Positions 45,840 to 55,109 of a stretch of 64,000 bases of DNA are shown one piece after another; position 1 is the first letter of the stretch; every line of letters begins with the position of its first letter. This stretch comes from an uncultured Acidiferrobacteraceae bacterium (GTDB taxonomy: Bacteria; Pseudomonadota; Gammaproteobacteria; Acidiferrobacterales; Sulfurifustaceae). The stretch lies in the NCBI GenBank assembly GCA_964482055.1, contig CAYZVX010000001.1:17057-81056 (forward strand), read 5' to 3'. Under the pieces are notes generated by a model, which worked only from the letters and a program-made list of their open reading frames with translations, made no database searches and was not told the origin of the DNA. Made by a program: the position numbers and the translations under genes.

Positions 45840-45986
45840 ATAAATGGCCAATAAAGTTTTTATCTACATACATAAATTAATACCGCATGCCAACTGCGCT
45901 TGTCCTGTTTCGATAGGGCTGGCGAGTAACCAATCTTTCCAGCGGTCGATTCAAATTGCCGGTCGGTGGCAAGTGGCACGATTGTT

Positions 45987-47036
45987 TCAGGCAGCGTCCG
46001 ACGTGACCGGGTAGGGAAGCGGTCGCAGCTCCAGGCGCGGGCCATCGGCGCGGCGCAGATGCAGATCGCGGGTTGCAACACTGCTGAGCTGAACAACGGC
46101 GAGCAGATCGATGCCAGCATCGGGCGCCGGCTGTGCATCGACCACGACTCCGGCTGACTGACCGGGCAGATCCGGGGCATAGATCTTGTCGCCGGCCGCG
46201 GTCGGCAGGTCGGCGGCCAGGTGCAGGCGCTGCATACGCTGCTTTGGCTTACCGAGGTAGTGCATGCGCGCCACGATCTCCTGGCCCGGATAGCAACCCT
46301 TCTTGAAGCTGACGCCGCCAATCAGCTCGAGATTGACGTGTTGCGGCACAAACTCTTCCACGGTGGCCGGCAGCACGGTCGGGATGCCGGCCATGATGTC
46401 GAGCCAGGCCCACGCGCCGGAACCGGCCGCTGCGGCAGACCGCGTGAGCTTGCTCCACAGCTCCCTGGCGCCAGCGATCGGCGCCACCAGGAGAAATCGC
46501 GGCTGTGGTCCGGTCAGGTGAAGGACGGTCACGTCGCCATCTGTCCGAACCCCGTCCACCTCGGTGGGCAGACCACCGGCCAGATGTTCGAGCACCGAGC
46601 CTATCGTTGGTCCTGAGCAACCGAGGCAAACAAATTCATCGTCCACGCTCTCGAGCGTTACCTTGGAGCGCAGCACGAACATGCGCAGGCGCTTGACGGT
46701 GTTCTCCTGCAGCACGGTGGGCAGGACGAGGTAGTACGCCGTGCCGCGTTTGAAGATCCGAAACAGCGCCACGATGCGGCCCTTGGCGGTGCAGTACGCG
46801 CTCAGCTGGCTGTGCGCGTCATCGATCAAGCGCAGATCGTTGGTGAGTTGACTGTTCAAGAACACCAGCGCTTCTGGACCCTCGGCCCGAACGACAGACA
46901 GCTGCGGCAGGGCACACACCACATCGCCGCGCGCCGCGGCCTGCGTTTCGGCGCGTGGTGGGGCGAATGCCACCGCGCCGGACGGGTCAAAGCAGCCGCC
47001 GGCGGCGGTAAGGAAGGACTTCCATTCGGTGTTCAC
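45987..47036 (-). CDS. ygfZ: folate-binding Fe-S cluster repair / tRNA-modification protein YgfZ
   Basis: 349 aa. Signature SFKKGCYPGQEIVARMHYLGKPK (KGCYxGQE motif) and a GcvT-like fold. Confidence 0.9.
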   Translation of the reverse strand: MNTEWKSFLTAAGGCFDPSGAVAFAPPRAETQAAARGDVVCALPQLSVVRAEGPEALVFLNSQLTNDLRLIDDAHSQLSAYCTAKGRIVALFRIFKRGTAYYLVLPTVLQENTVKRLRMFVLRSKVTLESVDDEFVCLGCSGPTIGSVLEHLAGGLPTEVDGVRTDGDVTVLHLTGPQPRFLLVAPIAGARELWSKLTRSAAAAGSGAWAWLDIMAGIPTVLPATVEEFVPQHVNLELIGGVSFKKGCYPGQEIVARMHYLGKPKQRMQRLHLAADLPTAAGDKIYAPDLPGQSAGVVVDAQPAPDAGIDLLAVVQLSSVATRDLHLRRADGPRLELRPLPYPVTSDAA

Positions 47037-47141
47037 GGTTTTCCCCGAGATTCAAGCGATAACGGCCAGGCGATCATAGCCAAAGCCCCGCTCGCCAAAA
47101 ACCGGTAGACGCGCCCAATGCACGGCTTACACTATGAGCGC

Positions 47142-47519
47142 ATGGGAGATAAGAACAAGCGGCCGGTATTTCTGAGTCTCCTTCAAATCCGCCTTCCCAT
47201 CGGTGGAGTGGTGTCTATTCTGCACCGTCTCACCGGTGTCGCGCTCACCCTGCTGACGCCGTTGTTTCTCTACATGCTGCATACCTCGCTGTACGATCCG
47301 GAGGCGTTTGCGCGTTACGTGACATACTTCTCCTCACCCCTCGGGCGTTTCAATGCCTTGCTCATGCTGTGGCTGTTCCTGCAACACCTGCTGTCGGGTG
47401 TGCGCCACCTGCTGCTCGACCTCGACATCGGGACCGGGCGCGCCGACGCGCGGCGCAGCGCCTGGACGACTCTGGTTCTGTCGCTGGCGATCGCCGTATC
47501 CGTGGGGGTGATGGTATGA
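47142..47519 (+). CDS. sdhC: succinate dehydrogenase cytochrome b556 subunit
   Basis: Lies within ORF 47118..47519. Met at 47142 ([32 protein letters not shown]) aligns with the E. coli SdhC N-terminus; ATG 47118 is also possible. Confidence 0.9.
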   Translation: MGDKNKRPVFLSLLQIRLPIGGVVSILHRLTGVALTLLTPLFLYMLHTSLYDPEAFARYVTYFSSPLGRFNALLMLWLFLQHLLSGVRHLLLDLDIGTGRADARRSAWTTLVLSLAIAVSVGVMV

Positions 47520-47878
47520 AACGCTCGACGCGGGGTGCCGGCAGCGCCCACGCGGGCCTGATGAGCTGGCTGTTGCAACGCGCTACGGCCATCTACCTCG
47601 GCGGATTCGTCGTGTACGTGGTGCTGCGCCTGGCGGTGAGGCCGATTCGCGATCATGCGCTCTGGCAGGCGTGGTTCGCGTCCGGCGCCGTGCGCCTGGC
47701 CTGGGCGCTCGCGATCGGCAGCCTGCTGCTACACGCCTGGATCGGAATGCGCAGCGTCTACCTCGACTACCTGCACGCCCTGTGGGTGCGCTTTACGGTC
47801 TCGTTATTCACGGCGCTGGGCCTGATTGCGCTCGGCCTCTGGGCAGTCGAGATCCTGCTGCAGGCGGGTGCCGGATGA
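47516..47878 (+). CDS. sdhD: succinate dehydrogenase hydrophobic membrane anchor subunit
   Basis: The ATG at 47516 overlaps the sdhC stop. 120 aa with three TM segments ([18 protein letters not shown]...). Confidence 0.88.
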   Translation: MKRSTRGAGSAHAGLMSWLLQRATAIYLGGFVVYVVLRLAVRPIRDHALWQAWFASGAVRLAWALAIGSLLLHAWIGMRSVYLDYLHALWVRFTVSLFTALGLIALGLWAVEILLQAGAG

Positions 47879-49641
47879 ACAGCATTGCCCGGCGCCGCTT
47901 CGACGCGCTCGTGATCGGTGCCGGCGGGGGCGGGTTGCGCGCCGCCCTGCAGCTGGCGCAAGCCGAGGCGCATGTCGCGGTGGTATCCAAAGTCTTCCCG
48001 ACGCGCTCGCACACGGTCGCTGCCCAGGGCGGCATCAACGCCGCCCTGGGCAATGTGCTGCCGGACAACTGGCACTGGCACATGTACGACACCGTCAAGG
48101 GCAGCGACTACTTGGGCGATCAGGACGCCATCGAGTACATGTGCCAGGCGGCCGCACGCCTGGTGATCGAGCTCGAGCACTTTGGCGTGCCCTTCACGCG
48201 GCTGCCGAACGGCCGCATCTACCAGCGTCCTTTTGGCGGGCAGAGCCAGCAGTTCGGCGGTGCACAGGCGGCGCGCACTTGCCCGGCCGCCGACCGCACC
48301 GGTCACGCCCTGCTGCATACGCTCTACCAGCAGAATCTCAAGGCGCGCACCCATTTCTTCGACGAGTTCTTCGTCGTCGATCTGCTGATGGATGGCGAGG
48401 GCTACTGCCTTGGGGCGCTGTCGCTAGAGATTGAAACTGGTGAGCCGCTCGTCATCGAGGCCAAGACCACGCTGCTCGCCACCGGCGGCGCCTGTCGCAT
48501 CTATCGCACCTCGACCAACGCGCACATCAACACTGGTGATGGCATGGCGATGGCGCTGCGCGCCGGCGTTCCACTCGAGGACATGGAGTTCGTGCAATTC
48601 CATCCGACCGGCATTGCCGGCATCGGCGTGCTGATCTCCGAGGGGGTGCGCGGCGAGGGCGGGTATCTCGTCAATGGCGAGGGCGAGCGCTTCATGGAGC
48701 GCTATGCGCCCCGGGCCAAGGACCTCGCAAGCCGCGACGTGGTGTCGCGCTCCATCTATACGGAGGTCAAGGAGGGGCGCGGCTGCGGGCCGGCCAAGGA
48801 CCATGTATTGCTCAAGGTCGACCACCTCGGCGCCGACGTCATCAAGCAGCGGCTGCCGGGCATTCGCGACCTGGCCTGGCACTTTGCCGGGGTCGACCCG
48901 ATCGAAAAACCGATCCCGGTGTACCCGACCGCGCACTACAGCATGGGCGGCATTCCGACCAATCGCTTTGGGCAGGTTGTGGTGCCGGTGCACACCGGCC
49001 CGGAAGAGCCGGTCCCCGGGCTCTACGCCGTGGGGGAGTGCGCCTGTGTGTCCGTGCACGGCGCCAATCGCCTCGGTGGCAACTCGCTGCTCGACATCGT
49101 CGTATTCGGGCGCGCGGCGGGCAATCACATTCTCGAGTATCTGGCGGAGCACCGCTTCCACCGCTCGACGCCGGCGGAGGCCGTGGACAAGGCCATGGCG
49201 CGCCTGGCGCGCTGGGATCGCCGCGGTGACGGCGAATCGGTCGATACGCTGCGCGCCGAGATGCAGCGCGCCATGGAGCAGTATTGCGGGGTGTTTCGCA
49301 CGCGCGAGATCCTGGCCGAGGGCATCGCCAAGATCGAGGCCTTGTACGCGCGCCTGGGCAACGCCGTGCTGCGCGATCACAGCAAGGTTTTCAACACCGC
49401 ACGTATCGAGGCGCTCGAGCTCGAGAACCTGATGGAGGTCGCACTCGCGACAATCTATTCCGCAGCGGCGCGTGAAGAATCGCGCGGGGCGCACTCGCGG
49501 CTCGATTACCCGAAGCGCGACGACATCAACTGGCTCAAGCACACGCTCTACAGCCGCGAGGGCCGCAAGCTCGACTACAAGCCGGTGCGCATGAAGCCGC
49601 TCACGGTCGAGGCGTTTCCGCCGAGGGAGAGAGTATATTGA
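47875..49641 (+). CDS. sdhA: succinate dehydrogenase flavoprotein subunit
   Basis: The ATG at 47875 overlaps the sdhD stop. [17 protein letters not shown], the FAD-attachment region [13 protein letters not shown], and FVQFHPTG. Confidence 0.96.
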   Translation: MNSIARRRFDALVIGAGGGGLRAALQLAQAEAHVAVVSKVFPTRSHTVAAQGGINAALGNVLPDNWHWHMYDTVKGSDYLGDQDAIEYMCQAAARLVIELEHFGVPFTRLPNGRIYQRPFGGQSQQFGGAQAARTCPAADRTGHALLHTLYQQNLKARTHFFDEFFVVDLLMDGEGYCLGALSLEIETGEPLVIEAKTTLLATGGACRIYRTSTNAHINTGDGMAMALRAGVPLEDMEFVQFHPTGIAGIGVLISEGVRGEGGYLVNGEGERFMERYAPRAKDLASRDVVSRSIYTEVKEGRGCGPAKDHVLLKVDHLGADVIKQRLPGIRDLAWHFAGVDPIEKPIPVYPTAHYSMGGIPTNRFGQVVVPVHTGPEEPVPGLYAVGECACVSVHGANRLGGNSLLDIVVFGRAAGNHILEYLAEHRFHRSTPAEAVDKAMARLARWDRRGDGESVDTLRAEMQRAMEQYCGVFRTREILAEGIAKIEALYARLGNAVLRDHSKVFNTARIEALELENLMEVALATIYSAAAREESRGAHSRLDYPKRDDINWLKHTLYSREGRKLDYKPVRMKPLTVEAFPPRERVY

Positions 49642-49735
49642 GACGGTTTCAAGTTGCAGGTTTCTGGTTTCAAGTGCGAACCTTCAGGTTTTTGACCCGA
49701 AACCAGAAACTCGAAACCGGAAACTGGTTTACCCA
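49642..49735. repeat. intercistronic imperfect palindrome built from GGTTTC / GAAAC(C/T) motifs between sdhA and sdhB
   Basis: gtttctggtttc (49660-49671) pairs perfectly with gaaaccagaaac (49699-49710). Flanking ggtttcaagt (twice) and gaaaccggaaactggttt extend the symmetry. The other sdh junctions overlap by 4 nt, whereas this gap is 94 nt. Confidence 0.7.
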
Positions 49736-50431
49736 ATGAAGTTCTCGATCTACCGCTACAACCCGGAGACGGACAGCAAGCCGCGCATGCAGGCCTACGA
49801 GCTGCCGGATGACTGCGGGGCGATCATGCTGCTCGACGCGTTGCTGATGCTCAAGCGTCAGGACGACAGTCTCGGCTTCCGGCGCTCCTGCCGCGAGGGC
49901 GTGTGCGGGTCGGACAGCATGAACATCAATGGGCGCAACGGCCTTGCCTGCATTACACCGATCGCGGGACTGCGCCAGCCCATCGAGCTGCGCCCGCTGC
50001 CCGGCGTGCCGGTAGTGCGCGACCTGATCGTCGACTTAAGCCAGTTCTACCAGCACTACCGCGCGGTCAGGCCGTGGCTCATCAATCACGATCCGCAACC
50101 GGAGATCGAGCGCCTACAATCGCCGGAGGATCGCGCGAAGCTCGACGGACTGTACGAGTGCATCCTGTGCGCGTGCTGTACGACCGCCTGCCCGTCGTTC
50201 TGGTGGAATCCGGACAAGTTCCTCGGGCCGGCGGCGCTGCTCCAGGCCTGGCGGTTCCTCGCCGACAGCCGCGATCAGGGCACCCAGGAGCGCCTCGATG
50301 ATCTCGAAGACCCGTACCGGCTGTTTCGCTGCCACGCCATCATGAATTGCACGGATGTCTGTCCGAAGGGTCTCAACCCCACTCAGGCCATCGGGCTGAT
50401 CAAGCAGTTGCTCGCCAAGAGGGTGCTGTGA
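49736..50431 (+). CDS. sdhB: succinate dehydrogenase iron-sulfur subunit
   Basis: 231 aa. CREGVCGSDSMNINGRNGLAC, CILCACCTTACPS and CHAIMNCTDVCPK cluster motifs. Confidence 0.96.
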   Translation: MKFSIYRYNPETDSKPRMQAYELPDDCGAIMLLDALLMLKRQDDSLGFRRSCREGVCGSDSMNINGRNGLACITPIAGLRQPIELRPLPGVPVVRDLIVDLSQFYQHYRAVRPWLINHDPQPEIERLQSPEDRAKLDGLYECILCACCTTACPSFWWNPDKFLGPAALLQAWRFLADSRDQGTQERLDDLEDPYRLFRCHAIMNCTDVCPKGLNPTQAIGLIKQLLAKRVL

Positions 50432-50742
50432 CGGACTCTGCCGCGCCTCGCCGCCCGCATCTTGCGCGCGGCGCCAGCGGCGGGGACGTGAACCGCAAGT
50501 TGGAGGAGACGCAAGAGCGTCAGCGGGCGCGGCTGCGCTGGCGTTGTCGCCGCGGCATGTTGGAGTTGGACCTGCTGCTGACACGTTTTGTCGAGCAACA
50601 CTACGAAACCCTCGAGGCTGCCGAGCGGATCGCTTTCGATCGGTTGCTCGAAACACCGGACCCGATGCTGTTTGCCTACCTGCAGGGCACGGAAGTCCCC
50701 GCGCCGGAGCTGCGGCAGATTGTCGCCAAAGTTCGACAGTAG
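50428..50742 (+). CDS. sdhE: FAD assembly factor SdhE
   Basis: GTG at 50428 overlaps the sdhB stop (GTGA) and follows an AGAGGG ribosome-binding site. RGxxE motif (RCRRGMLELDLLL) and DPMLFAYL. An alternative GTG at 50488 would give an 84-aa protein. Confidence 0.85.
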   Translation: MTDSAAPRRPHLARGASGGDVNRKLEETQERQRARLRWRCRRGMLELDLLLTRFVEQHYETLEAAERIAFDRLLETPDPMLFAYLQGTEVPAPELRQIVAKVRQ

Positions 50743-51166
50743 GCTGACACTGCAACTGCGCGAGTCCGCATGGTGCGGCCGGATTCTTGTGGCGCTGCAC
50801 GCGGGAGCCGCGGTCTGCGTGTCGATTGCGCAGATCCCCTGGCCTGCCCGGGCTGTGCTCTGGCTGGGCCTTGCCGCGAGCCTGCTCCAGAGCATTCGGA
50901 CGCACGCGAGCCGCCGCGGCCCGCGTAGTGTCACGGCCCTGCTCTTGGAGTCGGACGGCGAGCTGTCGGTGCGCTTCGGCACGGACCCGGCCTGGCGCCC
51001 TTGTCGCATCGAGGGCCGGGTCGTTTATCCGGGTGCGGTGCTGCTGTGGTTGCGGCGCGCTGGAGCGCGCCTGCCGTTCGGCGTGGTGGTCGCGGCGGAT
51101 GCGGTCGAGCCCGCCGCGTTCAGGCGGTTGCGCGCGCGACTTCGACTTGGAAGCGGGGCGGCGTGA
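50720..51166 (+). CDS. ygfX: inner-membrane protein YgfX (CptA family)
   Basis: In frame with ORF 50588..51166. TTG at 50720 is the only start upstream of the conserved region. Aligns with E. coli YgfX (two TM segments, PWP motif, C-terminal [20 protein letters not shown] vs LWLAADSMDEAEWRDLRRIL). Confidence 0.75.
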   Translation: MSPKFDSRLTLQLRESAWCGRILVALHAGAAVCVSIAQIPWPARAVLWLGLAASLLQSIRTHASRRGPRSVTALLLESDGELSVRFGTDPAWRPCRIEGRVVYPGAVLLWLRRAGARLPFGVVVAADAVEPAAFRRLRARLRLGSGAA

Positions 51167-52763
51167 GGACCGTGTCCTGTCCGGCCAGGCGCGGGTCGGG
51201 GTGCGGATAGTCGCGCGTGAAGTGCAGGCCGCGTGACTCCTTGCGAGCGGCGGCCGAGCGCACGATGAGCTCGGCGACCAACACCAGGTTGCGCAGCTCG
51301 ATCAAGTCGTTGGTGATGCGGAAGTTGCTGTAATAGTCGCGGATCTCCTCCTTCAGCAGGTCGATACGGTGCTGGGCGCGCTCCAGCCGCTTGGTGGTGC
51401 GCACGATGCCGACGTAGTCCCACATGCAGCGGCGCAGCTCGTCCCAGTTGTGCGATACGACCACCGCCTCGTCGGCATCGGTGACCCGGCTCTCATCCCA
51501 GGCCGGCAGCGCCGCGGCGGGGGACGCCGAGGAGGGCAGCAGCGCCAGCAGGTCCTGCGCGGCGGCATCGGCGAAAACCAGGCATTCGAGCAGCGAATTG
51601 CTCGCCAGGCGATTGGCCCCGTGCAGGCCGGTGAATGCGCATTCGCCGATGGCGTAGAGCCCGGCAAGATCGGTCCGCCCGTGCAGGTCGGTGACCACCC
51701 CGCCGCAGGTGTAGTGCGCCGCCGGGACCACCGGGATGGGTTCGCGCGTGATGTCGTAACCGAGCTGCCGGCAACGTTCGTAAACGGTCGGGAAGTGGCT
51801 GGTGATGAACTCGGCCGGCTTGTGGCTGATGTCGAGGTGCACGTAGTCGAGACCGCGGCGCTTCATCTCGAAGTCGATGGCCCGTGCGACCACATCGCGC
51901 GGCGCGAGCTCACCACGCGGGTCGTGCGCGTGCATGAAGGGCTCACCGTTCGGCAGAGTCAGGCGCGCGCCTTCGCCGCGCAACGCCTCGGTGATGAGAA
52001 AGGACTTGGCGCGCGGATGATAGAGGCAGGTCGGATGGAACTGCATGAATTCCATGTTGGCCACCCGGCAGCCCGCGCGCCAGGCCATGGCAATGCCATC
52101 GCCCGTCGAGGTATCCGGATTGCTGGTGTACAGGTACACCTTGGAGGCCCCGCCGGTTGCGAGCACCACGAACCGCGCGCTCGCGACCAGGATCCGGTGG
52201 TCGCCCTTGTCCAGCAGGTACGCACCGAGGCACTGATCGCTACCGGCCTGGCCGAGCTTGTGGCGGGTGATGAGGTCGATGGCGATGTGGTTTTCCAGGA
52301 TACGGATACGTGGATGAGCGCGGACCTTGCCCTCGAGCGTGCTCTCGATGGCCTTGCCGGTAGCGTCGGCCGCATGGATGACGCGCCGGTGGCTGTGGCC
52401 GCCCTCGCGCGTGAGGTGATAGCCGACCGCACCGTCCTCGTGGCGCTCGCGCGTGAACGGCACTCCCTGCTCAATGAGCCAGTTGATCGCTGCCGGACCG
52501 CGGCGAACGACGAACTCGACGGTTTCCCGGCGGCACAGCCCGGCGCCGGCTTCCAGGGTGTCCGCCACATGGGCCTCGAAAGAGTCCCCGCGGCTGTTCA
52601 GCACGGCGGCGATACCGCCTTGGGCGTAGAGGCTTGCGCCCTCGGTCAGGGCGGCCTTCGAGACGACCGTCACGTCTGCGGAATCAGCCAGCTTGAGGGC
52701 AAGGCTCAGGCCCGCCGCCCCCCCGCCGAGGATCAGCACATCGCAAGCGAGCTGGGTCTGCAT
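51120..52763 (-). CDS. nadB: L-aspartate oxidase
   Basis: Lies within ORF 51120..52856. Met at 52763 ([23 protein letters not shown]) gives 547 aa, with FMQFHPT and [12 protein letters not shown]. Confidence 0.94.
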   Translation of the reverse strand: MQTQLACDVLILGGGAAGLSLALKLADSADVTVVSKAALTEGASLYAQGGIAAVLNSRGDSFEAHVADTLEAGAGLCRRETVEFVVRRGPAAINWLIEQGVPFTRERHEDGAVGYHLTREGGHSHRRVIHAADATGKAIESTLEGKVRAHPRIRILENHIAIDLITRHKLGQAGSDQCLGAYLLDKGDHRILVASARFVVLATGGASKVYLYTSNPDTSTGDGIAMAWRAGCRVANMEFMQFHPTCLYHPRAKSFLITEALRGEGARLTLPNGEPFMHAHDPRGELAPRDVVARAIDFEMKRRGLDYVHLDISHKPAEFITSHFPTVYERCRQLGYDITREPIPVVPAAHYTCGGVVTDLHGRTDLAGLYAIGECAFTGLHGANRLASNSLLECLVFADAAAQDLLALLPSSASPAAALPAWDESRVTDADEAVVVSHNWDELRRCMWDYVGIVRTTKRLERAQHRIDLLKEEIRDYYSNFRITNDLIELRNLVLVAELIVRSAAARKESRGLHFTRDYPHPDPRLAGQDTVLTPPRFQVEVARATA

Positions 52764-52870
52764 CGGCTCAAGGGATCCGGGCGGTAGGCTTGGTGAGGGC
52801 GAATATCCTATCATACGGCGCCAAACCCCTGCGTCTGCGTGCCCGCTCACAAACAAGGGGCGTACAAACC

Positions 52871-52897
52871 GAACTTTCAGCCGATGGTGCGGTCAAT
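52871..52897 (+). promoter_or_regulatory. sigma-E (ECF RpoE/AlgU) type autoregulated promoter upstream of rpoE
   Basis: GAACTT (52871-52876), 16 nt, then TCAAT (52893-52897). This matches the GGAACTT-N15/16-TCAAA consensus and lies 43 nt upstream of the rpoE ATG. Confidence 0.65.
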
Positions 52898-52939
52898 CAC
52901 CGCAAGCACAGCGTCAATCGCCGGCGCCCGACGCCGCTC

Positions 52940-53518
52940 ATGACCGAGCGCAGCATTGACCAGAAGCTCGTCGCCCGGGTGCAGCGGGGTGAAAAGGGCG
53001 CCTTCGACCTGCTGGTGCGCAAATACCAGCACAAGGTCGCGAAGCTGGTGTCGCGCTTCGTGCGCGACCGGGCGGAGATCGAGGATGTCACGCAAGAGGC
53101 CTTCATCCGCGCCTATCGCGCCATCGGCTCATTCCGGGGCGACAGCGCGTTTTATACTTGGCTGTACCGAATCGCCGTGAATACCGCCAAGAACTACCTC
53201 GAATCCCAGGGCCGCCGCCCCCCCGGCAGTGACGTTGAGGCGGAGACCGCCGAGCAGCTGGAAGGCGGCGAGCTGCTGCGCGACGCGGCCACTCCGGAAC
53301 GGCACATGCTGACTGATGAGATCGCCGCGACGGTGCAGCGGGTGCTCGCCGGCCTGCCTGCGGACCTGCGCAGCGCCATTACGCTACGCGAAATCGAGGG
53401 GCTGAGTTACGAGGAGATCGCCGCGGTCATGGATTGCCCGATAGGGACCGTCCGCTCGCGCATCTTTCGCGCGCGCGAAGCGATCGATGCTGAACTGAAA
53501 CCTTTGCTGGAGAAGTAG
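52940..53518 (+). CDS. rpoE: RNA polymerase sigma factor RpoE (sigma-24)
   Basis: ATG at 52940 gives 192 aa. DQKLVARVQRGEKGAFDLLVRKYQHKV and FRGDSAFYTWLYRIAVNTAKN are near-canonical RpoE/AlgU. Confidence 0.95.
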   Translation: MTERSIDQKLVARVQRGEKGAFDLLVRKYQHKVAKLVSRFVRDRAEIEDVTQEAFIRAYRAIGSFRGDSAFYTWLYRIAVNTAKNYLESQGRRPPGSDVEAETAEQLEGGELLRDAATPERHMLTDEIAATVQRVLAGLPADLRSAITLREIEGLSYEEIAAVMDCPIGTVRSRIFRAREAIDAELKPLLEK

Positions 53519-53520
53519 CG

Positions 53521-54129
53521 GTGAAAGAGCAACTGTCGGCGTTGGTTGACGACGAGCTGAGTGAATTCGAGGAGCGTCGTGTCCTGCAAGCGCTCGACCG
53601 CGACCCGCAGCTACGCGGGGCCTGGCAGCGTTATCACCTGATCCGCGCTGCCCTGGTCAACGAGCTGGACCACGTGCCGAGCCCGGCGAGCACTGAGCGG
53701 CTGTCGGCGCGGTTGGCCGCTGAGCCGGCCATCAGGGCGCGCCGCTCGATCCGGCAGCTGCCGAGAATCGCGACTGGTCTGGCGATCGCCGCCACCGTGG
53801 CTGGGGTGGCGATCTTCGGCTTGCAGACGCTGAGCCCGCCGCCAACCGCGACCCGGACCGTGTCGATCGCCGCCCCGAGCGCATCGGCGCCGGCCTCGGC
53901 GGTGAGCCCCAAACCGGCGGCCCCGCTGGTGGCCGGCGGCCGGGCGGTTGAGTCCGGCGCCGCGATCCAGACGGTTCGTTCGGCCAGCACGCGCTGGGAT
54001 ACGCCCGAGCCCAAGGACGAGCACATGCTCGATGTGTATCTCGTCCAGCACAGCGAATTCGCATCCGCCGGCATGCGCGGCATGTTGCCGCCCTACGCGC
54101 GGGTGGTCGGATACAGCGCCGATCGATGA
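53521..54129 (+). CDS. rseA: anti-sigma-E factor RseA (MucA)
   Basis: 202 aa with a GTG start. KEQLSALVDDELSEFE...WQRYHLIRAAL is the RseA N-terminal domain, followed by a central TM segment. Confidence 0.9.
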   Translation: MKEQLSALVDDELSEFEERRVLQALDRDPQLRGAWQRYHLIRAALVNELDHVPSPASTERLSARLAAEPAIRARRSIRQLPRIATGLAIAATVAGVAIFGLQTLSPPPTATRTVSIAAPSASAPASAVSPKPAAPLVAGGRAVESGAAIQTVRSASTRWDTPEPKDEHMLDVYLVQHSEFASAGMRGMLPPYARVVGYSADR

Positions 54130-55109
54130 AAGTAGTTTGTCGTTCCCGCCAGCTATGCCGCGTTGTGGGATTGCTGCTCGCGGTCACGGCGACGCCGGTC
54201 CTCGCCGGCCAGACCGCGCACGAGTGGCTCATGAAGACCAACGAGGCCGCGCGCAATCTGACCTATGAAGGCGTGTTCGTCTACGAGCATGGCAAGCAGC
54301 TCGACGTGATGCGCATCGTGCATCGCAATCAGGACGGGCGGCGGCGCGAACGGCTGATCTCGCTCAATGGCGCGCCGCGCGAGGTCATTCGCAACGACCG
54401 GGAGGTGATCTGTTATCTGCCGGATGAGAAATCGGTGCTGGTGGAGCACCGCAAGGTCGACAGCAAGACTTTTCCTGCTCTGCTGCCCGAGCACCTGCAG
54501 GCGCTCGAGCAGAACTACGAGATTCAGCTCGGTCGGGCGGCGCGTGTGGTCGGCCGCTCCGCTCAGCAGATCCTGATTCTGCCGCGCGATCGGTTTCGCT
54601 ACGGCTACCAGCTCTGGGCCGACCGCGACACCGGCCTGTTGCTCAAGGCCGAGCTGCTCGACACCCGCACCCAGCCGATCGAACAGTTCATGTTTACCCA
54701 TCTCACGGTCGGCGGGTCGATCCCGGACGCGGCATTCGAGCCGGAATCGTCCACGCCAGGATTGGTATGGCACCGCGCCGATGCCCAGCCCCCCGCGGCC
54801 CGGTCGGCGCAGGATCCGCTTCTTAAGGCGCGCGAGCTGCCGAAAGGCTATCGACTGAGCACGCACATCGTGCGCCAGCTCCCGATGCGCCAGATGCCGG
54901 TGGATCACCTCGTGTATTCCGACGGGCTTGCGACGGTATCGGTATTCGTGGAGCGGGACGACAAGGCTGCCGGCGGCAGCCTCGGCATGAGCAAGATGGG
55001 CGCGGTGCACGCCTACAGCCGGCGCGTCGATGGATACAAGATCATCGTGGTCGGTGAGGTTCCCGCCGAGACCGTGACTCTCATCGGAGACGCGGTGGCG
55101 CCGCCGTGA
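54126..55109 (+). CDS. rseB: sigma-E regulatory protein RseB (MucB)
   Basis: 327 aa with a signal peptide. NLTYEGVFVYEHGKQLDVMRIVH...LNGAPREVIRNDREVICYLPD resembles RseB/MucB. Confidence 0.9.
   Translation: MKVVCRSRQLCRVVGLLLAVTATPVLAGQTAHEWLMKTNEAARNLTYEGVFVYEHGKQLDVMRIVHRNQDGRRRERLISLNGAPREVIRNDREVICYLPDEKSVLVEHRKVDSKTFPALLPEHLQALEQNYEIQLGRAARVVGRSAQQILILPRDRFRYGYQLWADRDTGLLLKAELLDTRTQPIEQFMFTHLTVGGSIPDAAFEPESSTPGLVWHRADAQPPAARSAQDPLLKARELPKGYRLSTHIVRQLPMRQMPVDHLVYSDGLATVSVFVERDDKAAGGSLGMSKMGAVHAYSRRVDGYKIIVVGEVPAETVTLIGDAVAPP

Noticed and set aside
45974-45988. Sigma-54-like TGGCAC-N5-TTTC.
   Set aside because: The -12 element lacks the conserved GC (TTTC instead of TTGC). On the plus strand it would fire antisense into the 3' end of ygfZ, with no downstream gene.
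45844-46020. 58-codon plus-strand ORF starting in the AT-rich region (MANKVFIYIHKLIPH...).
   Set aside because: It has no ribosome-binding site, runs into and overlaps the ygfZ 3' end on the opposite strand, and its composition changes abruptly at the gene boundary. It is most likely a chance ORF.
50428-51166. Calling sdhE-ygfX a bona fide toxin-antitoxin (CptAB) defence-type module.
   Set aside because: The pair is translationally embedded in the sdhCDAB operon next to ygfZ. That points to a housekeeping complex II maturation role rather than a mobile TA cassette. No other TA hallmarks are present.
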